A stretch of DNA of 64,000 nucleotides from the NCBI GenBank assembly GCA_964016885.1, contig OZ024747.1, positions 76,012,001-76,076,000 of the forward strand, written 5' to 3'. This DNA comes from Eledone cirrhosa. Lineage: Eukaryota. The notes beneath the pieces are model-generated. The model was given only the letters and a program-made list of their open reading frames with translations, had not been told where the DNA came from and did no database searches. This document shows, one piece after another, positions 28,357 to 42,166 of this stretch; the stretch's first letter is position 1; each line of letters opens with the position of its first letter. A program made the translations under genes and the position numbers.

Positions 28357-28358
<2 letters not shown>
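27754..28358 (-). mobile_element. Non-autonomous RTE-related element, copy B (inverted relative to A)
   Basis: Diverged reverse complement of 27031-27610; (TATG)n on both sides. Confidence 0.72.
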
Positions 28359-28389
<31 letters not shown>

Positions 28390-28435
28390 CATACATATAT
28401 ACATACATACATATATATGCATACATACATACATT

Positions 28436-29268
28436 ATGGCTGCCCCCTCGTTATCGAGTATGGCCATTGCACGAGAAAAAAAATATATATATACATATAT
28501 ATACACACACATACGTACATATATACATATACATACACATACATATACATACACATATATTAATAACAACAATAATAATAATAATAATAACAACAATAAT
28601 AATAACGACAACAACAATAATAATATACATATATATATATATATATATACACACACACTCACACACATAAACATATCTATACACACACACGATAGCAACT
28701 AACAGCGCTGCGATCGAATGTGACTTTTTAGCCCAGCCAATGATCTAAAATGTCTTGCACAGAGTCGGCAACCAAAACATTCTCTGGGAATAGCCGGCTG
28801 TGGTTGGAGTTCATGTACTTTTGCATGTCGCTTGAGCCCTCCTGCTGATTTATATTCTCTACCACATGCTTGGCAAGCATGATGAGTAGCATCTCCAACA
28901 GCAGCCTGGTAGTCAACCACTGGTCTTACTTTATGACTGCGAAGATGACTTTCGAGTCCAGCTTTGCTTAGGCAGAGTCTCGCACAGACGCTGCATGTCA
29001 GCACCTTAGGAGGACCCTCGCCGTCTGGAAGTGCAACAGCAATGCCCTTCCTCACATCCCGCTTTACTTTCTCGTATGCGATTCGAGATGCCTCAAAGGC
29101 AACTTTTCTCTTATATACAGTCTTTCTCCATTTATTACGATCAGCAGCAATATTTTCCCATCTATCAGCAGAGATGTTAGCGTCTCTCAAAGAGGCTTTC
29201 AAGGAATCCTGATACCTCTTTTTTGGTTTATGTGGCGGTCGTTTTCCTTTAACTAACTCTCCATAAAA
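28436..29268 (-). mobile_element. 5'-truncated RTE (BovB-like) LINE with C-terminal C2H2 zinc fingers
   Basis: FYGELVKGKR..KPKKRYQDSLK..WENIAADRNKWR is an RTE C-terminus; three CxxC..H motifs; 3' stem-loop CTCGATAACGAG and (TATG)n tail. Confidence 0.85.
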
Positions 29269-29284
29269 TACATACATACATACA

Positions 29285-29311
<27 letters not shown>

Positions 29312-29315
<4 letters not shown>

Positions 29316-31256
29316 GTTTCAAGAAAAAACAACAAAGAATCGCAGAAACATGACTGTGGTGTGGCTGGACTATCAAAAAGCATTTGATAGTTTACCTCAT
29401 GGGTGGATTATTAAGGCTTTACAGTTAGCTAAAGTCCCACAACCATTGATAGCTGCTGTTGAACGCCTGACCAAGAACTGGAACACCAATGTGATCCTTA
29501 GAGGTGAGAAGGAGCAGGTTAAGACTGATAAGATACATTACCAGAAGGGCATCTTTCGGGGTGATAGCTTGTCAGTGCTACTCTTCGTTCTCTCACTGTA
29601 TCCACTATCTTACCTACTCAGGAAACAAGGTGGACAAAGAAGTGGACCCAGAAGTATCTCCCATCTTTTCTTTGTTGATGACCTGAAGTTGTATGGGCCA
29701 AATATCAATGACATCGAGAAACAATTGCACCTCATTACACAATTTTCAAACGACATCAAAATGAAATTTGGTGAGTCCAAGTGTGCATATTTGGCAGTAA
29801 AACGTGGAAGATCTGTGCCCTCCTCTAGAAATCTAGAGATGAACGGCCTGACAATACAACCTCTGCAGTCAGGTGACAACTACAGATATCTTGGACAGGA
29901 TGAGAATGTCAGATATAATGGACCCATAAATAAGGAGAGAACCAGAAGAGTAAAGAAAATATGGCCATCAGAACGGTCAGCATACAACAAATACATTGCC
30001 CACAATATTTATGCTGTGCCAATTCTAACGCCAACATTTGGCCTGCTGAACTGCTCATTGCAAGAACTAAGTGAGATGGATGTTAGAACTCGAAAACTTC
30101 TCAGTGTTACTGGGAACTTTAACATCAATGGTGATGTGGATAGGCTATACTTCTCACGCAAGGAAGGTGGCCGAGGTCTAAAATCAATATTAACAACATA
30201 TGAGACCCGGATAGTAACACTGAAGCAACACCTTCAACAGAGGAAAAAGGTTGGCAACCATCTTGCCCAGGTTTATGAGCATGAAAAAAAAATATCATTA
30301 GAATAGCGACTGATCTGGAGGAAAGATATGGAATAAAGCCTGATATAAATCTCTCACCCAGAGAAATCGGAAGATCCTATTCAATGTTCAAACAAGATAA
30401 AACAAATTGACCAATTTACAGAAAAAGTTGTGCATGGATACTTGAGGCGTAAAACACAGACCATAGAGGGGATAAACCACTCAAAAAGCCTGGCATGGAT
30501 TTCCGACAAGTTTATGACATCACACCTTGAGGGATATCTGTATGCAATACAGGAACAAGAACTCCCTACCAAATATCTGCTGCACAAAAGAGGAGGGCCA
30601 GCAGCTGACAATAAATGTAGGCTATGTAAAACAAAGATCGAGGATGTAAGCCACATTGTTGCCAGCTGCGAAAGAATGTCATCTCGTTACTACCTCCCCA
30701 TGAGACACGATGGGATAGCTAGAACCATCTGGAACGCACTTCGGAAAACAAAATTAACAACAAACCAGGAAGAATATATTGAGACAGATGGCACTAAGGA
30801 ATACTGGTGGAACCTGAAAATAAAAACTGCCACCAAATTAAAGCACAACCGGTCTGATATTGTTGTTTGGGACCACACATTGAAAACGTGTTCTGTTGTG
30901 GAGATCAGCTGCCCACTTGATGTAAACGTTGTCAGAAAAATACAGGAGAAGGAGGACATCTACAGACGATTGATGATGAGTTTACAAATCCAGTATCCAA
31001 GATACACCTTTAGCTTCATACCCATCATTATTGGAGTTACGGGTTATATACCAACTCGCTTGGACCAAAGTATGACTGAACTTGGATTTGCGGACAAAAA
31101 GCGCAGCTCACTAATTCATAGTCTACAAATGGCTGCGATAGCTGGCACCTTCAAAATTTGCAAAACATTCTTGCGATTCAAGGATGACAATTTCTTTTCT
31201 TTTACAAGGAAGGTGGCCGGTCAAAAAAATATACTCGAAATTAACAGAAAGAGATA
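29312..31256 (+). mobile_element. 5'-truncated R4/Dong-like non-LTR element (RT + restriction-like endonuclease), frameshifted
   Basis: WLDYQKAFDS, GIFRGDSLS, FFVDDLKLY, GGRGL; CRLC..HIVASC, RHD, HNRSDIVVWD..VEISCP; frameshift at A-run ~30285; (CATA)n on both flanks. Confidence 0.9.
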
Positions 31257-31289
<33 letters not shown>

Positions 31290-31339
31290 CATACATACAT
31301 ACATACATACATACATACATACATACATACATACATACA

Positions 31340-31371
<32 letters not shown>

Positions 31372-32055
31372 GGGATGCAAAAGTGTCAATGTGTGATTTG
31401 AAATCAGAGTTCATACTTTCAGTTCCGGCATAAATAGCAATCATGTGGATAGACTCTTTTTTAGTTAACTATGTGTATTTACCAATGTACCTATCTTCGA
31501 ATAAGAGCAACAATTCCAACAACAAACTCCAAATCCCAAAAGTCTTCCGAAAACAGTTCAAACGATACATATGGATAGTCTAAGAAAAATACGAGAGTCG
31601 GAACAAGGTTCATAGTCTGAATCTGAAGGAGTGATGCTAGAGGTGTGAAATCTTTGCATGCTTTAATTTCAACTTTGTTTTCTTATTAAAAGCCACATTT
31701 TTTCTCTCCAGGGACTGTGTTGAAAAATAAATCTCATTTGGTCATTCCATGAGAGTATCTTGGTCAGGCAATCCATTTTTTCATCTGACACTCTTAGATA
31801 TATTGGTAGAACAGAGTCATCTTAATTTAGTGGACATATATTTGATAATGATCAAAGAAATATGGGAGATAATTGATCTAACTGATTTGTATTGATGTCA
31901 AATGAAATTCGATCTTTGCAATAGTGACAAGATGGAGAAAGTCAAGGGAAATGGAGGATTCAATTATGTCTATGGACAATGTTTTAATCAGGAATTATTA
32001 GATTAATTATTTTTTTAATACAAGCCCCGTCATTTGGGCTATTATACTAGTATAT

Positions 32056-32105
<50 letters not shown>

Positions 32106-32126
32106 AATGATGTCTGGTACTATGCT

Positions 32127-32172
<46 letters not shown>

Positions 32173-32700
32173 TATATATATATACATATATATATATATT
32201 TATATATATGCATATATATATATATACACTCTCGTTCGTAACCAATGGCTATGTATTAATGATTTTACAGACTCCTTTCTCTTCCTATTTAGTCTTTCTA
32301 CTATTATATTTTCAATACACTTTTTCACTGTTATTAAGTCTTCTTTCATTTCTTCACCCTCTCAGCCGACTCATAACCTATATTTGTCGTATATATTCAT
32401 TCCTTTTTATTTACAATTATTACCTCCATTACCTGAAGTCTTTTTGTTCTTTTATTAATTTCTTTCTATTTCACATATACATTTATTCATTCTAATTTTC
32501 CTTCTCTTTTTTGTACTATACAACCGTGCATACTATTCTATTGAGTTCAAAATTTTGTTATCCCACTTTATTATTTTATTTATTTATTCATATCGTCTGC
32601 ATTTTTAGTCTTTGGTCAATTTTTTCTGACTTCCATTTTTTCATACTTTTCTGTTCTGAAATGAATATGATTAAAATACCATGACCAATCTTCTACTAGT

Positions 32701-32810
<110 letters not shown>

Positions 32811-33133
32811 CACACATACATATATATATATATATACCAAAACAAATAACGAAACGAAATTAAATTTCGTTTCGTTTGTAACTCACTTTTGTATGACTGA
32901 CGCTCAAACAATTAAGTCAAAGATGTACATCCATATATGTATACTGAAATACTAGTATGTATATGAATACACACACGTATACATATGTAGATGTACCAAG
33001 TTTTTTTTCACTGATCACTTTACTGTGAGTGGCCAGCTATTCTGTATGTAAACACACAGACAAACCGGTTTTTAGAGTCATACTGGTTTTTGAGGAAACA
33101 CCTTTCCTCTATACTCCAGAAAGCCAGACAAGG

Positions 33134-33178
33134 AATATTGAACTAGTTTCGTTGTTGTTACAACTCATCAGCAATATT
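33134..33178 (-). ncRNA. Type I minimal hammerhead ribozyme
   Basis: AAUAUUG-CUGAUGA-GUUGU(AACA)ACAAC-GAAA-C(UA)G-UU-CAAUAUU: 7-bp stem I, 5-bp stem II, palindromic stem III. Confidence 0.88.
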
Positions 33179-33602
33179 TACCTATCTTCCGGCCTCTCTA
33201 GAGAATCGTAAAAGCACATATCGCTATATGCTTTTTCTATGAAAATTAGTAGTGGGCAGACCAACTTGCATAGAGTGTGAGTAAGTACCGGTTCAACGGA
33301 GACGATAAAAACAAATAACGAAACGAAATTAAATTTCGTTTCGTTTGTAACTCACTTTTGTATGACTGACGCTCAAACAATTAAGTCAAAGATGTACATC
33401 CATATATGTATACTGAAATACTAGTATGTATATGAATACACACACGTATACATATGTAGATGTACCAAGTTTTTTTTCACTGATCACTTTACTGTGAGTG
33501 GCCAGCTATTCTGTATGTAAACACACAGACAAACCGGTTTTTAGAGTCATACTGGTTTTTGAGGAAACACCTTTCCTCTATTCTCCAGAAAGCCAGACAA
33601 GG

Positions 33603-33647
33603 AATATTGAACTAGTTTCGTTGTTGTTACAACTCATCAGCAATATT
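33603..33647 (-). ncRNA. Type I minimal hammerhead ribozyme, tandem second copy
   Basis: Identical to 33134-33178, 469 nt away. Confidence 0.88.
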
Positions 33648-33924
33648 TACCTATCTTCCGGCCCGGTTTGTCTGTGTGTTTACATACAGAATAGCTGGCC
33701 ACTCACAGTAAAGTGATCAGTGAAAAAAAACTTGGTACATCTACATATGTATACGTGTGTGTATTCACCTACATACTAGTATTTCAGTATACATATATGG
33801 ATGTACATCTTTGACTTAATTGTTATATATATACACATTTGAGTTAATATATATATATATACTAACTCAAATGCAATATGCTCACACGGACACAGAGGTA
33901 CATAAAAACACGCGCCCGTACACA

Positions 33925-33961
<37 letters not shown>

Positions 33962-33963
33962 GC

Positions 33964-33995
<32 letters not shown>

Positions 33996-34331
33996 ATTTG
34001 TGTGTGTATATATATATATACACACATAAATATACATACATATATACATATACTTACATATATATGAATTCATTGTACGAACTCCCCCCACACACTGTTA
34101 TACAGATATACACAATGCTATAAGTATTAGTAGCTGTATTACTTCTCCTTCTACATCTTCCACTATGTTTTGTGTGTTTTTGATGTTTCGGTTGCCTTTT
34201 CATATTATTTGTATTTCCGTTTTCCATTCATATTTTGCAAATGAAGAATTGTGATTGATAGCTTCTAAAGAACTTTGTATATACATACACATGACCACAT
34301 CCATCACTACGTGCGTACATATATACATACA

Positions 34332-34402
<71 letters not shown>

Positions 34403-34427
34403 GTATATATTTATATATATATATATA

Positions 34428-34479
<52 letters not shown>

Positions 34480-34529
34480 AGAATATTTTCGAAACAGCGA
34501 ATGGGTTTGAAATTATTAGAAATGTAAGC

Positions 34530-34699
34530 TATCGCCGTATTTTGACTAAAGAAATTAAGGAAATTATTTAGCCTGATAGTGGGTTAAGAACCCTCGGAGA
34601 AATGGAAAAACTCATCTTTTTCCATTTCTCCGAGGGTTCTTAACCCCACTATCAGGTTAAATAATTTCTTTTATTTCTTTAGTCAAAATACGGCGATAT
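34530..34699. repeat. Fold-back palindrome, ~80-bp arms
   Basis: 34530-34610 vs 34617-34699, a few mismatches. Confidence 0.9.
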
Positions 34700-34712
34700 A
34701 TATATACATATA

Positions 34713-34760
<48 letters not shown>

Positions 34761-34769
<9 letters not shown>

Positions 34770-35100
34770 AATGAATAATAACAGGTAGACATCATAAAAA
34801 GGTAATTTATTCCGTGTGCTTACAAGTGTTTCCACGGTGGTACTGCAGCCTAGTTATGCTACGTGCAAATTCACAAGTACTTGCAGAACTCAAATATCCA
34901 ATGCTGTGACCACTGTTACCTTTTTATGATGTCTACCTGTTATTATTCATTCTTTATATACACTCCGGAATACTGAAGGATCAGGAACTAAGTTTCTTCA
35001 ACAATTCTTCCATAACTCGTAGTGTAACCTCTTACCGTACGTCAACCATATCCAGTGTAGTAATTAACCATTACTACATCTTGGATAATCCTATACCTAA
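34761..35100. mobile_element. (TA)n-embedded element with 45-bp inverted repeat and unique tail
   Basis: 34761-34805 is the reverse complement of 34916-34960. Confidence 0.65.
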
Positions 35101-35139
35101 TATATATATATATATATATATTATTATTATTACTATATA

Positions 35140-35235
<96 letters not shown>

Positions 35236-36016
35236 CAGATATGATTTAACGTCATTAGTATAAAGAATAATTTATGTAAAAATTATAGTATTCTTCACAA
35301 TGTACATGGTAGGATTTTTCTGAGCAAAATACTAGTAAAATACACAGCAGTTGGATACAGAGATCTTTCAGTGTCTAAGTTAGAAACGTAAGAGAGATAC
35401 CAAAGAATTAGAGAATGAAAAAAAGAAATAGAAAATCTTCCATATTTCTATGCCGTTAATCGAATTATTGTTATTTAGTAAGGCTTTTAAAGCATTTCAT
35501 GTAACATTGAGAAAGTAAAAGAGGTATAGATATCAAGAACTTATATACTATTATACAGATACTCATACGCAGAGATTAATGTGTGCATGCCCAAACACAT
35601 GTATACGTATGAATACTCACACATCCACCTATTCAAACATTTATATACACACATACATGCTCTCTCTTCTTTATACGCACATAATCCACTGACACAATAT
35701 TAAATTAGACACCAAAGACACACATGCACACAAACACATACACACATGTTTATATATTTGTTTTCATATATATATACACACATGCACACTCACATATATA
35801 TATATAAACAAAACACATAATATAAAGATGCTAAACGCCAGCATATGAACAGGCATAAAAATCCACATGGGACTGATTGCTTGAACACCGGGCAGTGTTA
35901 CTCCCCCTTCTCTGTGATAATAAAAACACGTGCACAGAGGGGAAAAATGAATGATGATGTTAATTTCACCGTGAATTCCCTCCTGGGTCCTATATTGATC
36001 ATTATTTTGCTTTCCA

Positions 36017-36059
36017 TGCCCCTGATAAGCCCATTCAGAGCGAAACGTACGTAGGCGCA
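36017..36059 (+). ncRNA. Degenerate type I hammerhead
   Basis: UGCCC-CUGAUAA-GCCC(AUUCA)GAGC-GAAA-CGUACG-UA-GGCGCA; G8 mutated, stem mismatches. Confidence 0.55.
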
Positions 36060-36894
36060 CTATTATATAAACATGTTTTAACGGTTTTAAACTCTTTTTA
36101 TTCATTTCCTTTATATATATATATATATATATGTAAGTATTTAATGCAGGGAGCATCATATTGCTAACTAAATATATAGATACGGTGAGTTTTATATTAT
36201 TTTAATAGATTCGCTAAGTGTGTGAAGAATCTCAATTGGAAACATATACAGATAGCAATCGTTCACATATAGATCATGTGGATATGCACGATATGTACGC
36301 ATTTAGAAAACATTGCCGAAGATATTTATGGAATTAAAGTTTTAAAATTCCCGTTGGCAACAAACTACGTATCGTTAACATTTTAGAACTTACACTGGCC
36401 TTACTAAAATTTTAGCACTACCCTTATTGAAAACCAACTGAAGAAATATACATAAATAGTTTCTAATTTAAGTAGAAGACTAAACATTGTGAGGGTAAGG
36501 ACAATGTCGGACATACTGAAACTGGTAACATTTGGAAAGAGAAAGTTGACATCGGTAAGAATTGAATCCAGACCGTAGAAGTCAGTAACGAAATATTACA
36601 ATGTATTTTATCCAACACATTAACAATTCTGCGAATATATAATTATAGCAATCCCTAGTCATTTCTCGTCAAATATAGAAGTACTAGTCAATAATACTAG
36701 TAGGAAAACGTGGAGCTATTATCCGTCCACAAAATAATTAATGTACATTACCACAAAAGTTCTTCAAGGAAAATAACTTTTAAAATTTTCAGAAATACTA
36801 GATCGAAGCTTATTGTATACATTAAAATTAGAAAAATACGGATCCTCTAGTTTAAATTATCTTTTATCATTTAGTGTATGGTACGAATAAAGCC

Positions 36895-36997
36895 AGGAGG
36901 CGCACATGGTAAGAGTGTTGGACTTACGATCATAAAATCGTAGGTTCGATTCCGGGACTGTGTGTTGTGTTCTTGAGCAAAACACTTCATTTCACGT
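36895..36997 (+). mobile_element. tRNA-headed CORE-like SINE fragment (family B)
   Basis: TGGTAAGAGTG..GGTTCGATTCC then GTGTTCTTGAGCAAAACACTT; related copy at 51340-51420. Confidence 0.7.
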
Positions 36998-37160
36998 GTA
37001 TACTCTGCAATGGACTGTTGCTCTGTCTAGTGGGGCGTCATGTACACTCAGTACACTTCATGCCACGGACACTGGAAAAGTAAAAAACAAAAGACAATAA
37101 CAAGGAGTGCAGCTACGAACAGTGTTGGTATTAGGTTCACACATATATATATGTATACAT

Positions 37161-37196
<36 letters not shown>

Positions 37197-37277
37197 GTAT
37201 ACATACACACACACACATATATATACATACACACACACATATATATATATATATACATATACATGTAACACACACAC

Positions 37278-37322
<45 letters not shown>

Positions 37323-38072
37323 GATATATATATACACACACACACACATATATATATACATATATATACGTATACATGTAATATATGAATCTATGTGTGT
37401 TTTCTATGAAGGTGTGATTATTAGTAATTATACTATGCATTACGTTAACAATCTTCCATGTAGAGAAGATTGATCTTTACATTAGCGAGGTTAAGAGCCG
37501 AGATTTAGAAAGAGAAAGATAGAAAGAGAAAAGGCGACGGATATATTATGGGTGAAGAGAAGTGATATAAGTAGTTGCTGCTTAAATGGTGAATATCATG
37601 GCGGATAGGGTAGGTTGGGGTGTTGGGGGTGAGACGTGAAGACTGACAGTGAGCCAATGAAGAGGAAAAAGAAGAAGAGAGAGAAGAAGGAGAAGGAGAA
37701 GAGAGAGAGAGAGATTGAAGAAGAAGAAGAAGAAGAAGAAGAAGAAGAAGACGAACAACAACAACAACAACAACAAGATAGTAATATCATCCCATTTAGA
37801 AATTCCATTTAATCTAGTTATCTATTGAAATTGACAGTTGTGTAATGCTGGTTGTAATGTACACTTCTCTGGAGGACTAACAGGTGTATCTCAATTGTTA
37901 CAGCCATTTTACAAGTCTATGCATACTCGTTATTATGTTTTTATGTTTTAACTTTAGTTATTCAACATGTTATACACAAGTTTATTGCACTAAGAACGTA
38001 CTTGCTAAATATTACATATTGAACAGGCAGTGATATTTGTGGTGTGGATGTGAATATAATTATCCAACTCCC

Positions 38073-38490
<418 letters not shown>

Positions 38491-38658
38491 TATATATATA
38501 TATATATTAAAATGACCGTTATTTTAATAAATATTTGGTCTAGGGTTCTTATATATTTGATATATACTTATCCTTATCGAGCCCTCTTTGGATTTTAGTC
38601 TTCAAATTTATTATTATTACTATATATATAAATAAATATATATATATAGATGTAATAT

Positions 38659-38840
38659 AGATGAGATTCTACAGGACTAGAACTGTTTCATTCTTGAGAA
38701 ATCATCAGATTCCTGATGAGTTCTCAAGAATGAAACAGTTCTAGTCATGTAGAATCTCATCTAAATTAAAACTTTTATACTCTGGCATGTATTGAGTACC
38801 TTACTTACTGTGGTTACATCCGATTCAACCCGGAATAACT

Positions 38841-38845
<5 letters not shown>
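38659..38845 (+). mobile_element. Fold-back element with hammerhead-like core, nested in an outer inverted repeat
   Basis: 38659-38708 inverts to 38713-38763; CUGAUGA-GUUC(UCAA)GAAU-GAAAC..GUC; outer arms ~38529-38615 and ~38903-38990. Confidence 0.65.
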
Positions 38846-38903
<58 letters not shown>

Positions 38904-38985
38904 TAATAATAAAATTGAAGACTAAAATCCAAAGAGGGCTCGATAAGGAAAATATATATCAAATATATAAGAACCGTAGAGCAAA

Positions 38986-39034
<49 letters not shown>

Positions 39035-39339
39035 GTGAAAGCAGCGATTCTTTGCTTAAACTTTAATCTGTTATTTTAATATATATATATATATATATAT
39101 ATGAGAAGGGAGTGGATATCCAAAGCATTAACGCATACATTATTTTAGACCGTTCCCTTCCACCTATAATTGCTCCGGAAATGTTACCTTTTACTCTCTA
39201 AAGAATTTACTGTCTAAAGAATTAGGATATCTATCGTCATGGAATTATGTATAACGGCTCAATTAGTAGAAGACTCTAGCCTATACATTTTCGCATTTTC
39301 CTCTTATATATATATATATATATATATACATATATATAC

Positions 39340-39374
<35 letters not shown>

Positions 39375-39444
39375 CATATATATACATACACATATATATA
39401 TATATACATATATATACATACATACATATATATATATATATACA

Positions 39445-39644
39445 GGAAAAAGTATGACACCGACGGCAGAGCTCAAGCCGTTTCGACGGCTATTTCTGGA
39501 CTAAAATACTCCAGAAATAGCCGTCGAAACAGCTTGAACTATGCCGTCGGGGTCATACTTTTTCCCATTACCCACTCTACTACCCTAAGTATTAAGTAAT
39601 CTGGTGCGTTATGGTCCATCTGGTTCCTTACCACAATTCCTTCG
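39445..39644 (+). mobile_element. Fold-back element (56-bp arms plus tail) in (TA)n
   Basis: 39445-39500 vs 39510-39565. Confidence 0.75.
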
Positions 39645-39679
<35 letters not shown>

Positions 39680-39686
<7 letters not shown>

Positions 39687-40115
39687 GTTAGAATATGTGT
39701 AATAAGGCCAAGACAATGCAGATATGGACATAGAAAAAAGAATGCAATAGTGAGAGATATTGATGAGAATTCGTCTTTCACCTTGAATTTATTTAAATGT
39801 CCTTAATTTTCGAGATAATATCTCTTCTTCGGAGGGAAGTAAAAGTCTCAGACCAGCGTCTTAAATTTCCAATGTGGCTTCATTGGAAATTTAAGACGCT
39901 GGTCTGAGACTTTTACTTCCCTCCGAAGAAGAGATATTATCTCGAAAATTAAGGACATTTAAATAAATTCAAGGTGAAAGACGAATTCTCATCAATATCT
40001 CTCACTATATTGCATTCTTTTTTCTATGTCCATATCTGCATTGTCTTGGCCTTGTTACACATATTCTAACGTTTATACCTCATTACACAATGCTTCAAGT
40101 GAACTATAACCTCCT

Positions 40116-40120
<5 letters not shown>
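39680..40120 (+). mobile_element. Fold-back element (195-bp arms, 6-bp spacer, tail) in (TA)n
   Basis: 39680-39874 vs 39881-40077, near perfect. Confidence 0.85.
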
Positions 40121-40180
<60 letters not shown>

Positions 40181-40216
40181 TATATTTAAATAGAGGTGTG
40201 ACACACGAGTTGTGAT

Positions 40217-40445
40217 ATATTAGTAAAAAGGAAAAGAAAATGCTGACAAAATTTTTCCCAGTGAAAAATTGTTTAATTAGGAATAAGTATAAATTAGTAA
40301 TAAGTATTGGTTAGTATTCAGTTTTCGTTTTAAGTTTTAAAACTAAAACTGAATACTAACTAATACTTATGACTAATTTATACTTATTCCTAATTAAACT
40401 ATTTTTCACTGGGAAAAATTTGGCACCATTTTCTTTTCCTATTTA

Positions 40446-40452
<7 letters not shown>
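40217..40452. repeat. Diverged fold-back palindrome, ~115-bp arms
   Basis: Centre ~40335; about ten mismatches between arms. Confidence 0.85.
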
Positions 40453-40531
<79 letters not shown>

Positions 40532-40561
40532 CATATATATATATACATATATATATATACC

Positions 40562-40632
<71 letters not shown>

Positions 40633-40782
40633 ATACTTTGGGAGGGTCATGTTGCCAATAAGAAACACACGCACCAGTTGCTTTCACTTCAATTTATTAT
40701 ATATTTATAAATTTACAAATTTATAAATTTATAAATTTCTGGTTGGTTGGTTGGTTCCACAACCAGATAGTTGTTTATATAT

Positions 40783-40827
40783 AGTCATAGTCCTTTCGTC
40801 ACACACTCTGTGACCTCTTCAGTGACT
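40783..40827 (-). ncRNA. Type I minimal hammerhead ribozyme
   Basis: AGUCA-CUGAAGA-G-GUCAC(AGAGUGU)GUGAC-GAAA-G(GA)C-UA-UGACU. Confidence 0.8.
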
Positions 40828-40959
40828 GGGGATTCCTTTCTTTGTTTCTGTGCCTCTCCTTTCTCTGTCCTACGCCATTTTGTTTCTGTGTGTGTGTTGT
40901 GTGCTCACATATTATATATTATATATATATTATATATATATATATATATATACATATTA

Positions 40960-41144
<185 letters not shown>

Positions 41145-41167
41145 TATATATATATATATATATATAC

Positions 41168-41206
<39 letters not shown>

Positions 41207-41225
41207 TATATATATATATATATAC

Positions 41226-41273
<48 letters not shown>

Positions 41274-41329
41274 GATAAATCTACCAAGAGTTTACGGTAG
41301 TGTCCAATCCGTATGTATGTATGTGTTTG

Positions 41330-41360
<31 letters not shown>

Positions 41361-41361
41361 G

Positions 41362-41405
<44 letters not shown>

Positions 41406-41467
41406 CTTGATATATTTCTGTATGTATGTTCTAAGTGTGGTTGTGTGTATATGTATGTATGTGTTTG

Positions 41468-41498
<31 letters not shown>

Positions 41499-41503
41499 GT
41501 ATG

Positions 41504-41539
<36 letters not shown>

Positions 41540-42166
41540 CTTGATATATTTCTTTTTTCTTTTTTCTTTTTCTTTTCTTTCCTTTTTAATGTTTATTTAT
41601 TATTTATTATTTTTTATTTTCTTAGTTTATAGATACATCTATAATAAGCAGTCTGCCCAAACCGTTGAATACTGACCTCTCCTCCCCTCCCACCTAATTT
41701 CTGTATCTTGATCTAAATGTGTGTGCCAGTGTTTATGTGAGTGAATTAATATCCATGTGCTTAGGATTTTATATCCACATATATATATGTGAGTGGGGGT
41801 GTGTGTGTGTTTGTATGTTCGTAGTTATGTGTATGTTTATGCATATACGCGCGTGTGTGTGTGATTGTACGGATATGTGTGAGTATGAGAATATGTGTAT
41901 ACACTTATTTCATATTTATGTGTCTATACGCATCTTATCTGTGCATTATAAACTTACAGAGACATTAACCTTGAAATTTTGTATTTGTATCCATCCTTTT
42001 GGTATGCGTATACAAGTTGAGCATACATTTTTGTAAAATATGTGTAAGGGTAGTTACATGTATATACACACACCGAACTGCATTAAACCTTTTGTATTTT
42101 CATTGGTCAATTTTGTTCCCAAACGGACCTGAAATTTTGAATTGTTGTTATTATCAATAAATATAT

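Larger units (their letters stand above)
32839..33823 (-). mobile_element. Retrozyme-like / non-autonomous Penelope-type element: 469-nt partial tandem plus inverted segment
   Basis: 32839-33193 repeats at 33308-33662; 33663-33823 is an inverted copy of part of the unit; one hammerhead per unit; (TA)n flanks. Confidence 0.8.
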
